Below, one piece after another: positions 26,199-38,567 of a stretch of 64,000 nt of DNA (its first letter is position 1; each line of letters opens with the position of its first letter). The position numbers and the translations under genes are program-made. The stretch comes from Octopus vulgaris (Eukaryota), in assembly GCA_951406725.2 (NCBI GenBank), contig OX597815.1, positions 34,534,001-34,598,000 on the forward strand. Direction: 5' to 3'. The notes under the pieces are model-generated. The model was not told where the DNA came from and did no database searches. It was given only the letters and a program-made list of their open reading frames with translations.

Positions 26199-28396
26199 TA
26201 TTTCAAAACATTTGCCATAAAGGCAGTACACAGATTAAGTTAGCTTTGCGGGCTGGACGAGGACATTAATGAAGTGAATGATAATGAAAGAAAGATGATA
26301 AGGATGGGAGAAGACAGAAAGCGCCCGCCGACTTTTGCTTCTCTAAAACATTGTTCTTTTTAAAAAGATAAACACAAACGAGGTATAAAACCTCTTACAA
26401 TTTTTCCCAATTTTTGGGCTTAGCAGTCCATTATTAATACAAAACGAGGTATTAATCCTCTTACAATTTTTCAATTTTTGGACTTAAGTCCATTACTAAT
26501 AATACATATCGTCCTCGAAATAGCTTGTGCCCGCGCCCTCCACCATCAACCACGCCTCCCTCAGAACGTAGTCAAGTTCCGAGTTCGCGTCGCCCGGGAC
26601 CAAGTTATAATCTTCGTTGAGCTCCTTTAGCCCTAGCGTCACGTCGAACGCCACGGCCTCCACAGCTACCTGCGGAGGCCATTCGGGGTCCTGTGTGAAG
26701 GCTAAAGGTGCTCCCTTGTAGTGCTCTTCCATCACTTTTTCAATTTCTCCTCCTCTATAGAAGAGGACCAACACATTTAGTTCTTTCGTTGGCGGCACAG
26801 TTTCCGCCAACGGTATTCCTTCTCTTGTCGGTGGCACAACCCCAACCGACGTAGTTCCGCGACATTCCGGTGCTACACTGACAGCCGGTAATGTCCCGTT
26901 TTTCTTCCTCTTTTTCTTTTTTTTTCCCTTTTCAACTGAGGGGGGTGCGTCTCCTCCGTGGCTGGAAGATTCGCCTTCCTCTCCTCATCCCTATTATCCT
27001 TTGGTGAGCACCCATTGTTGCTCACCTTCCTCTTTCGGCCTCTGTTTGAGGAGTCCTCTGCTTTCTCGGCCGTTATCGTTCCCTCTTCTAGAGGGGTTTT
27101 ACTTAACTGTTCCGGGATCCTATTTTGTTCCCGAGGACAGTTCTTCTTTATGTGGCCGGACTCCAAGCACCGATGACACTTAGGGGGGCGACCCTCAAGC
27201 ATCACCGGGTACCTGCACCCGGCCATTTTCAAAAAATCTGGAAGAACCAGATTGGCTGATTGTGTCCACAGAGTCAAAATTGCTTTCGACCCAACCCAAG
27301 CAGCCGCAGGAAGAACTTTTACATTGAGGAGCTTAGTTTCGCTGTCACCCAGACCCCGGCGGATAGTCTCCTCTATCCACTCGGGTTCTATGTCGGGTGG
27401 CAGTCCGCAGATCCAAGCTTTCATCAATTTCTTTTTTTGTACGTGGGCAGGAATAAGATTTCCTTACCCTCCAAGGGTTTGCTAGCAAATATGCAAGCCT
27501 CTTCAGGGGTGTCAAATAGCAACCACACCGTTGCATATTTGACACCCCTGAAATGAATTTAATTGTTGGCAAATACTCTTCCAACTCCTCCTCAATTGCC
27601 GTCTTTTCGAATAGGGCGATGGTGTCAAGTGCCTTGGAGTAGGTTCTCAACACCACCGTCCTATCTTCACGGTCTTTTAACCACTTTTTGGGTGGTATGA
27701 TTTCCCACTCCAAAATTTTGTTATTTTTCATTGCCATGTTTTTTTAAAAATATATTCAAATTAAACTCAAAAGCAGGAAGAAAAAAGTTCAAAAGTCTAA
27801 ATAAAATTTGATAGATTTTTGAAAAAACAAAAAGGAGAAAGTACAACAGAAGGGAAGAAATTAACGGAAAGTCGCAATAAAGAAAAAAAAACAAAGGGGG
27901 GGGGGGGTTAAATGAAGTTCAAAAGAAAGTTAATAAACAGAAAAAACACAGCAAAAATATTCTGGCCTTGCGGTACTCCAGGCCTGGGTTGAACCTGGAA
28001 CGCCGCAACTGCAACACAACCTCCACAAAAATGGGTCCGAAAGGTAATCCAATAGTGGCTTATTTTTATAATTTTCTTGCGAAGTAGTAAAACACAAGCA
28101 AACAAATTAATTTTTGCGGAGGGGCTACGCCTCCTCAAAAAGCACAATTCTCACTAAAGAGTGAGACCTTAGACACGACAACAGGCAGAGAAATATATCT
28201 GAAGTAAAGTGAAGTCTATTACCCGCAAAAAAATATTAATGCTAGATAACGTTAACTGCTAAATAACATTAAGCAAGCAATAAACTTCACTATGCTTCCA
28301 AAAATACAGAACGTCTTACCTGTCACCGAGTCAAAAGTTCAACATTTCACGTTCAAACACGTGACATTTGCAGGAGCAAAAAACAACACGTCTGTC
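26199..28396 (-). mobile_element. ORF1-only non-autonomous non-LTR retroelement (Tx1-like), inserted in a SINE A head
   Basis: 16-17-bp TSD (26182-26198 and 28397-28412); ~660-bp leader; one disrupted ORF with a CCHC knuckle; ~300-bp 3' UTR ending at AATAAA; no RT, endonuclease, LTR or TIR visible. Confidence 0.8.
26496..27737 (-). pseudogene. Gag-like/ORF1 nucleic-acid-binding protein (~410 aa once three frameshifts are repaired): probable RRM-like region plus CX2CX4HX4C knuckle
   Basis: Track ORFs 27345-27737, 26873-27427 (GRPPKCHRCLESGHIKKNCP) and 26496-26837 are joined by a bridging frame RGVKYATVWLLFDTPEEACIFASKPLEGKEILFLPTYKK. Layout resembles Tx1-clade ORF1. Confidence 0.75.
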
Positions 28397-29203
28397 TGGT
28401 AAGAAGCTACTTACTACACAGCCACTCCTGCGCCTATTTAAGAAGACTGGTTTGCAGTCATGTAATTTTAAGTTCAGTCCCATTTCACCCAATACTTTTA
28501 GCAAGTATCTTCCACTATAGCCCCAGGCCGGTCAATGTCTTGTGAGTGAATTTGGTGGACGGCGTTCATAAACACTGGAAAAAATCTGGATAAAATATTA
28601 CACTTCTTGCCAAATTTGTAGAAAAATTTTTCAATGACAGACCATAGATCACATGATTCTTGTGGTTGTGCGTTAATTGACTTACAAGAAAGGGAACAAT
28701 AAGAGGCTGGATGACTCAGTCTCTAATCCTTCTTTGAAGAAAACCTCTCTCTGCAGAAAACTATTCATCGCTATACTATCCATGCCGTAAGACCCATATC
28801 AACTTCTCTCAAGTACTGCTCACAAGTTCCTATAAGTTTAAAAAAAGTCACGTACAAACTTGTATTTAAATTAACAATTAGACGTCAGAGCAGATGACAT
28901 TCGCCTTATTAATGCTAGCAGTAGTTGTGGGATAATGGGACATTTCGGTTTTTTTTTTGGTTTTTTTTTTTTAGTAACGTTTCTCTTAAGTTTGAAACAG
29001 AAATCGTGCAATAACGAACATTTATCATTCAATACAATTGCTACATGTACATATTGGTATACACACACAGACACAGGCACACACACACTAACACACACAC
29101 ACACACAAAAATACACACCATCACACACAAACAGACGGTATATATGTATACATGGGTGCATGTTTGTATGTGCCAATGTACTCATTCAGACGTGTGTATG
29201 TAT

Positions 29204-29271
<68 letters not shown>

Positions 29272-29286
29272 ATATGTATATATGTG

Positions 29287-29330
<44 letters not shown>

Positions 29331-29346
29331 CATGTATGTAAATATG

Positions 29347-29428
<82 letters not shown>

Positions 29429-30117
29429 AGTATATTTTTTGTATGTACACATGAATACGGACATACATATTTACATGTGTTTGTGTGTGTGTGTGTGTAC
29501 GACTGTATATGTGTATGTGTATGTATGTATGTATGTAGGCAGAACAGAATCAATGATTTATAGAATGTAATTAGAAGTTCTTTAATAGTTATCAAAATAC
29601 CGCATTTGAAGAAACCACCTGACCAATCGCCTGCAATTGCAAGCAATCTTGGGAAACTTTTGGTCTGAATCAGCACGTTTCATCCAATTCTGAAGAATCG
29701 TGTTTTAATTTCTCTGATCTGTGACTTCTCTGCAAAAAAAGGCAAGCGCGAAACACCACAATCAATATTGTTACTGTTGATTATGTCTACTTCTGTCATC
29801 TCAGTTTTTCTACTTTTATTTAATCGTTTATTATTATTGTTTTCCTTTTCTTTATATGCGTGTGTGTATCAATGCGCATGAGCCTGTGTGCACGTGTTTT
29901 TAAGATGGAACGTCAAGAAAGATAAAAAAAAACAACAACACAGTGAAAACAAAATACCTTATGAAAAATACTAGTTTGATGTTTAAATAGAATAGAAATG
30001 GTTTTAAAGTTTTGGGTTAATATCATTCATCTAAAAGAGAAGAAAAGAGAACAAGGAATAAAAATAAAACGGTCAGAGAAAACACAAAGGGTTAAAAAAG
30101 TAATGTGTTGCCTAAAG

Positions 30118-31068
30118 TACCGTCTGCCAGCGCGCTGTGGACCAGTTTGACTTTTCCAGGCGTCCCCGACATCTGAGATTCTCCCCAGCCAAACTCTCGG
30201 CTCTTCGATGTCTCCGATGCCGCAAAGACATCACCATAAAACCGACTGACAAGGGTGGAGCCGTGGTGGTGAGGCGCGCGGACCTCTGCAAGGCCGAAGC
30301 TCTCCGCCAACTTCAAGACACCTTCGTCTACTGCCCTCCAACCTAACGCCTAGCTACCAACAGACGGTGTCCTCCACTATCCACGACCTCATCTCCTTCT
30401 CCCATCTCTCCCATCGCCTCCAACCTCAATGTCCACACCCCTCACACCACCACTATTTACTTCCTCCCCCAAATCCACAAACCTAACAACCCTGGCCGCC
30501 CTATCGTCTCCGTCTGCAACTGCCCCACGGAACTCATCTCCAGATATCTTGACCGTGTCCTTGCCCCACTAGTGGCTTCCCTCCCCTCTCACATCCATGA
30601 CACTAGCCATGCTCTGCGTCTGTTCAATTCTTTCTTCTTCCCTCCTGGCCCCTCTATAAACTTCTCTTCACTTTTGACATCAAGAGCCTTTACACGGTGA
30701 TCCCACACCACGAGGGGCTTCTTGTCCTCAAACACTACCTTAACCTTACACCTAACCCCCCCAATCTGATACATCCACACTTCTTCATCTGGCCGAACTT
30801 CTCTCCCTTAAATGCTTCTCGTTCATGGGTGATTTTTACCAACATGTCTCAGGAGTGGCCATGGAAATAAGAATGGGTCCCAACTATACGAACCTGTTCG
30901 TTGGCTACGTTGAGGCCCAAACAGCCTCAAGATTCACTGGCCCCACTTCCGAACTATACGGTCATTATATTGACGACTGTATCGGTGCGAGTTCGCCCTC
31001 CCGTGAACAACTAGGCTCTTTTTTTTCTCTTTTGTTAAATCTTTCCATCCTGCCCTCGAATTCTCCTG

Positions 31069-31070
<2 letters not shown>
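30118..31070 (+). pseudogene. Penelope-like element reverse transcriptase, N-terminal and core part, frameshifted
   Basis: Motifs DITIKPTDKGGAVVV, YFLPQIHKPNNPGRPIVS, GVAMEIRMGPNYTNLFVGYVE and YIDD. Confidence 0.9.
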
Positions 31071-31105
<35 letters not shown>

Positions 31106-31235
31106 TTGAGTTGTGGGGTATCGCACGAGTGGGATTATATAAGAAAAAAGGTTTGAAAATGCAATTTAAACGATGTTTATTTACTTAACCGGTTTCACTC
31201 TTTGGTAAAAGATTGTCAAAAGTTACATTTAAGGA

Positions 31236-31466
31236 AACATTGAATAATATGGGTTCAAAAAAGTTTTTTACATAATTGTCACATTGAATATTATGCATTC
31301 AAAAAAGTTTTTTACATAATTGTCACATTGGATATTATGGGTTCAAAAAAAGTTTTTTACATAATTGTCACATTGGATATTATGAATTCAAAAATGTTTT
31401 TTACATAATTGTCACATTGGATATTATGAATTCAAAAATGTTTTTTTATACATAATTGTCACATTA
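31236..31466. repeat. ~43-bp minisatellite, about 5 copies (tttttacataattgtcacattggatattatgaattcaaaaa)
   Basis: Directly visible tandem units. Confidence 0.9.
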
Positions 31467-31962
31467 TTTGGGAAAATTTGGCAGAAAAGGATAAAACAAA
31501 TATATTATTGGGAATTGGTTGCGTTAATTATTGGTTGTCGCAAATTGTCACATTACATGTATATATATACAATCTTTGGTATATATATACAGCGTTTTGA
31601 CAGCAAAAATTAAAATGGCTTTTTTGTACATCTCAGAATATTTTAAGTATGTTTTTACTGACCTGTCAGTATTAGCAGAAAGGCTGAACTGAGAGAACAG
31701 AAGAAGTAGCCAATGTGGTGTATACTTCCCCTTTATGCATGAATGATTTTGGGGTTATCAGGAGGTTAGTATGCGGGTGTGAATAGATGTGTCCGTGCCT
31801 GCTGGTCAGACAGCATCTGTTTGTCACACACATATATATACACACAAACACACACACACACAACAACACACACACACACACACATAGTATCCAAACACAC
31901 ACCACATACAAACAACACACACACACACAGAACACACACCCACACACAATTGCATTTTCAAA

Positions 31963-32012
<50 letters not shown>

Positions 32013-32073
32013 CATACATATATATACACAGAACACACACACCCACACACAATTGCATTTTCAAACCTTTTTT

Positions 32074-32109
<36 letters not shown>

Positions 32110-32620
32110 TATATACATATATATATATATACATACATATATATATTTATTATGGTAGTTTTGACTTTAGGAGGCCCTCCTAGCGTGAGGCATTTATGTA
32201 TAGTAATGCCCTTAATATAAATATATTTAAGAGGAATAATTGATGGATTTTTCCCTTATGAGGTTTTTCACGCTAACTACTTGATAAATTCTTATAAAGA
32301 TTTTATCCTATTCTTCAATTGTATATATAAATATACATATGCATGTGTGTATGTGTGTGTGCGTGTGTGTGTGTGTGTGTGTGCATGTTCATATATATAT
32401 CAAAAGGATGTGTTATAATACTATTCTACAGCCATACCAACAATCCGACATACCTCCATCATCAGCTGCCCCATGGATATCAATATGGTTTCGACACCTG
32501 GGCAGTACCATTCAATCCGGCGGTGTCAACAGCACTGAAATAAGTGTTGTTTGAGAACAAACAAACCACAGAAACCACAACTTTAAAACACATTTATGTG
32601 CAACCGTATCGGTAAATGTG

Positions 32621-32699
<79 letters not shown>

Positions 32700-32734
32700 T
32701 CATCTAAAAGTTTTTGTTCGTCATGATGCTGACA

Positions 32735-32842
32735 TAAGTTCCTTGACTTTCCTGATGAGAAGACGGCATAATGCACCCTTCATTCCTTCGGAATTAAGAA
32801 TATGCAGTCTTCGAAACATATGTCGGGAATAAAGGAATTTTG
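32735..32842 (+). ncRNA. Type I minimal hammerhead ribozyme with a canonical core
   Basis: CTGATGA at 32752-32758; stem II GAAGAC...GTCTTC; GAAA at 32813-32816; palindromic stem III ACATATGT; GTC triplet ending at 32824; stem I extends through aagttcctt/aaggaattt. Confidence 0.8.
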
Positions 32843-32872
32843 TTAAATCGTTGTTCGACTCCATTCTTTCAT

Positions 32873-32940
<68 letters not shown>

Positions 32941-33174
32941 ATATATATATATATATATGTGTATATATATATATATATTGCTTTAATATTTCGTTTAAGC
33001 ATTGCGAGACTATCAACCTGGTGTCAAGATACATATGCTTCAGAACGATGGGTTAGATGCGTATAGACAGGTTATAAAAATAATGAGATGACAAAGGAAT
33101 AAATGGTTATCTTAAGAACTCCATTAGCTTCCAGCTGTTTTTGCTAAAGATGCAGTGGATTGTGGTCTGTATAT

Positions 33175-33239
<65 letters not shown>

Positions 33240-33449
33240 CATACGTATGTGTGTGTGTGTGTGTGTGTGATTTTCCACCACATAAATTGCACTCCATATT
33301 TGAGGGTCCGATGAATCTATAAGGTGTTATTCTTAGGTACACTACTAAGATGCTGCTGCAACCCATACCAGAAACTGCTGTAAGCTAATGCAGTTCATAA
33401 GATTAAACATTTATTCCTTTGTCATCTCGTATATGCATATATATATATA

Positions 33450-33831
<382 letters not shown>

Positions 33832-33844
33832 GAGAGAGATAGAG

Positions 33845-33920
<76 letters not shown>

Positions 33921-35239
33921 GCAACTCGATTTTCAGTCAGTTGTTCTCTTACATATGAACGGTACGAACAATATGGCTCTTCAGTTCTTTTCGGGACTTG
34001 CACACTTTTGTACAAGTGTGACAGTGATAGATGCCTCTTGCAGTAGATGCTACAATATTGCTTTGGTAAACATTCATAATTGCGTTTCACCCAGCCTCTT
34101 GACGCATGTCCTTTTTAATACCTCCTGCAAGTAGTGGTGGCATATAATGCATAGTTAATAACTACCTTTATGTGGCTTTTCTGATGCCTTCTAAAGCCTT
34201 CCTTTCTTAGATACGCCCACTCTCGTCACATGTCAAACTAGGCTTTGTGCTAACATACATGCTAACATATATAAATATACGTGCGCATATATATTCTTGC
34301 AACAACAAACACACACACATACACACACACATACATGATGTTGAAACTCCAATGAAGGAGCCTTGGATCTAGGTTAGAAACCGTCTCGTTTTCTATTAGC
34401 AAGAAATCTTGAAAGAAAACTGAATAATGACATACATACATACATACATACATACATACACATACATACATACATACATACATACATACATACATACATA
34501 CATACATACATACATACATTATGGCTGCCCCCTCGTTATCGAGTATGGCCATTGCACGAAGCTTAACTGTTACTGGTGCTGTGATCGAATGCGACTTTTA
34601 TTTGCTTTTTAAGGCTACAGCCAGCCATTCAGTTGAGACTCACAGCACCATCAATAATCATGAACAATGTTGTTATCGTGCAATGCCTGTACAAGAAGAC
34701 TTTTTTTAAAGTGAGGAAAGGCTGTGCACTGAGTCAATTCCACTCACTAAGCAACAGCAGCTTTAATCCGAAAAGAAGAACAAGTCAACATCATCGGTAA
34801 CCACTGAGCCGCAGGTTTTATGCCGGAGTTATCTCAGTTACCTGTGTTACCTTCTCCTAGAAGGATGCCCTAACAAAGGCTAGGAGTCCTTCACTCCTAA
34901 TGGTTTAACTGCGCGATCGGGTATTCAGTCCGATTATTTCTATGTCCCTGCGCATGATACAGCCTTAAGCCTTAAGAAACAAAAATTACACATTTATTGG
35001 ATGGCCGTTGACTCTCAAGAGTTCCTCCGCCCTTTGACAGGTTTTGTTTCACATCCCGCAGGGTGTCCAATAAACACCCTCCTCACCAAGCAAGCTTGGT
35101 GGGGTTGCCGGTTTAGTCGCCGACGGCCCGACCATGCAACAGGTTGTACTGGATTACATTTTACCAGTAGCACTCGAAAGTGACCTGACTGACATACATA
35201 CATACATACATACATACATACATACATACATACAATAAA

Positions 35240-35488
35240 TGCACCCTTTTAAAGCTTAGCCAGGCTCATGGGCCCGGCTTCCCGGTTTCAATGGCGTGTG
35301 CGTTCCCCAGCTGGACGGGACGCCAGTCTATCGCAGGGTTACTCATTTTTGCCAGCTGAGTAGACTGGAGCAATGTGAAATGAAGTGTTTTGCTCAAGAA
35401 CACAACGCGTCGCCCGGTCCAGGAATCGAAACCACAATCTTACGATCATGATACTAACACCCTAACCACTGAGCCACGCACCTCCACA
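35240..35488 (-). mobile_element. tRNA-derived SINE family D (CORE-like centre)
   Basis: Minus-strand TGGCTCAGTGGTTAGG...GGTTTCGATTCC head, then CTTGAGCAAAACACTT; degenerate plus-strand copy at about 43405-43640. Confidence 0.8.
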
Positions 35489-35694
35489 CATACATACATA
35501 CATACATACATACATACATACATACATACATACATGTATGTATGGTGTGAAACTGAGTATAACCAATTGGTTGATAACTGATAAAGAATTAGGGACTTTC
35601 TGAGTTTGTCCCGCGCCCGGTTGTAAACTCAGTATATGTTATGTCTTTCGTTCATTTACCATACGTCTTCTTTTTTCATTTATATACGTATGTA

Positions 35695-35728
<34 letters not shown>

Positions 35729-35731
<3 letters not shown>

Positions 35732-35942
35732 AAGGGGATGCTGAAAAGTTCCTGGTTTTAAAGGTGCCATGAAAGGCCTGGTTTGGAGGCCCATCCTTCC
35801 GAGTTCTTAAACAAGGTTTTAGAAAAACTGAAGGACAGCTACAATAAATGTATGAATCTGAGAGGGGAATAAAATCATAATTAACTGATCTTCCTGCATT
35901 TTCTTTTACCCAAAGTCAGGAACTTTTCAACACCCACTCGTA
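35729..35942. mobile_element. Tc1/mariner-type MITE
   Basis: tacaaggggatgctgaaaagttcctg...caggaacttttcaacacccactcgta. Confidence 0.8.
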
Positions 35943-35944
35943 TA

Positions 35945-36265
<321 letters not shown>

Positions 36266-36373
36266 GTAGATAGATAATGTGCATATATAGGTATGTATAT
36301 TGATCTTTTTATGAATATGTATAATTGTGTGTGTGCGTGCGTGCGTTTGTGTGCGTGTGTGTGTGTGTGTGTA

Positions 36374-36419
<46 letters not shown>

Positions 36420-36987
36420 CGCATTTGTAGATATATAATGTTGATGGCACTCAACTCGTGTCTGTGTTCGATTACCTCATAAAAAGCTGTACATGTGTAA
36501 ACTGTTAAAACGGAAGCCCGCAAAGAGTTGTCAACAGCCTACAGCGGCTTCCTGACCAATTCTAGAGTCAGGCAATCTCTGTTTAACTCACTTTTTGTAG
36601 GTACTTCCAGTTTAACATGTATGCAGTACTTTCTCTGGAATGGATTGCTCAGACACTCCAAATGCGGCCGAATCTTTCCTTCGCTGTAGTATGGAAAGAA
36701 TGCGACCAATATCCCATGCCACCGCTGTACGCGTTTGCAATGACATACTTTCGCTGGTCAAGCTTGTATGTTCCACTACTTCTCATCGCCACAAGAATTT
36801 CTTTAATAGTGTAATTTTCCGAGAACTCCCTGTGCGTGAAATGGTTACTGTAAGTGAAGCGTGCACAGAACTGCTTACTTTTCGGATAATACGACCATCA
36901 TCACAATCTCTCGGCATTGGCTGTACACACTCGTACACATATTCACAGACATGCATATATATATGTATGTGCATGTATGTATACGTG

Positions 36988-37025
<38 letters not shown>

Positions 37026-37049
37026 CCCATATATATATAAAGACTATAT

Positions 37050-37469
37050 TAGGCGCAGGAGTGGCTGTGTGGTAAGTAGCTTGCCTACCAACCACATGGT
37101 TCTGGGTTCAGTCCCACTGCGTGGCATCTTGGGCAAGTGTCTTCTGCTATAGCTTCGGGCCGACCAATGCCTTGTGAGTGGATTTGGTAGACGGAAACTG
37201 AAAGAAGCCTGTCGTATATATGTATATATATATGTATGTATGTGTATGTATATGTTTGTGTGTCCGTGTTTGTCCCTCTAGCATTGCTAGTGACAACCGA
37301 TGCTGGTGTGTTTACGTCCCCGTCACTTAGCGGTTCGGCAAAAGAGACCGATAGAATAAGTACTGGGCTTACAAAGAATAAGTCCCGGGGTCGATTTGCT
37401 CGACTAAAGGCGGTGCTCCAGCATGGCCGCAGTCAAATGACTGAAACAAGTAAAAGAGAGTAAAGAGTA
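37050..37469 (+). mobile_element. SINE family A, full length; empty target site
   Basis: Intact head TAGGCGCAGGAGTGGCTGTGTGGTAAGTAGCTTGCCTACCAACC. Confidence 0.92.
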
Positions 37470-37504
37470 TACCCATATATGTACCTATATATATATAAAG
37501 ACTA

Positions 37505-37736
37505 AAGGCGGCGAGCTGGCAGAAACGTTCGCCCGCCGGGCGATATGCTTAGCCGTATTTCGTCTGTCGTTACGTTCTGAGTTCAAATTCCGCCGAGGTC
37601 GACTTTTCCTTTCATCCTTTCGGGGTCGATAAATAAAGTACCAGATTCGCACTGGGATCGATGTAATCGATTTAATCCCTTTGTCTGTCCTTGTTTGTCC
37701 CCTCTATGTTTAGCCCCTTGTGGGTAGTAAAGAAAT
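37505..37736 (+). mobile_element. SINE family B, monomer
   Basis: Homology to family B; flanked by atatataaagacta on both sides. Confidence 0.9.
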
Positions 37737-37887
37737 ATATATAAAGACTATACGGACATAATTCATGAGTTTTTAACTAAATGTTGGGGTGAGGTGCTTC
37801 CTTTGTTAAACGTCTTTACATTTGCCAAGTTCGAAAATGGAAAAATAAAAATAGAAGTTAAAATTAGATGTAACATTTAAAAATTGT

Positions 37888-38055
37888 GTACGGGGGAGGG
37901 TGATTTTATTCAACATATTCTCCCTCAGATTCACTCACTTATTGCGGAAGTTCTTCAGTTTTTCTTAGCCCTGTAAAAGAGCCCAGAAGGTTGGGCCTCC
38001 GTCCAGGCCTTTCGCGACACCCTTAAAGCCAGGAACTTTTCAGTAGCCCCTCGTA
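37888..38055. mobile_element. Tc1/mariner-type MITE, partial, reverse orientation
   Basis: Ends gccaggaacttttcagtagcccctcgta; reverse homologue of 35729. Confidence 0.7.
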
Positions 38056-38059
38056 TATA

Positions 38060-38420
38060 TCCTTCCAAGAAACGCTACAAGGAGTCCCTGAAATCGAACC
38101 TCAAAAAGTGTGACATTGACTTCACCAACTGGGAGGAAACGGCAAAAAAACAGACCACTCTGGAAAACCACCATCCATGAGGCAACGGCGAATTTCGAGT
38201 CGAAAAAGGTCTGCAGAGCTGGAGGAGAAAAGACGACGACGGAAGGAGCGCCAACAACAACCACGTGCGACTCTCCCTTCCGGCACTAGATGTCCACACT
38301 GTGACCGATCTTTTCGAGCAAGAATTGGTCTTATCAGTCACCTGCGGACTCACCAATAAATTTGCGCGAAGACCATCATCCTTGACCTTGAGGGATTGCC
38401 ATAGATAGATAGATAGATGA
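38060..38420 (+). mobile_element. 5'-truncated RTE (BovB-like) LINE 3' end with an (ATAG)n tail
   Basis: KRYKESLKSNLKKCDID..WEETAK, then CPHCDRSFRARIGLISHLRTHQ* (terminal C2H2 motif of RTE elements). Confidence 0.85.
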
Positions 38421-38567
38421 TATATAACTATGTTAGATCTCTGCAGTCAGTTGGTCATGCGTTTTCTGTTTAGAATGAACTTTCCAAAATGTTTGTACTT
38501 AGTGAAAATATGTTACCTACCAACTAAATAATCAAAATTGATATTAAATATCTAATTATTTACGTCC

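Larger units (their letters stand above)
25810..28436 (-). mobile_element. SINE family A split by a 2.2-kb insertion in its head (body 25810-26198, head 28397-28436)
   Basis: SINE homology stops at 26198 and resumes at 28397 with a duplication of tggtaa(ac/g)aagctactt. Confidence 0.9.

Noticed and set aside
31236-31466. CRISPR-like regular repeats
   Set aside because: Units are contiguous with no unique spacers, there are no cas genes, and the context is eukaryotic: a minisatellite.
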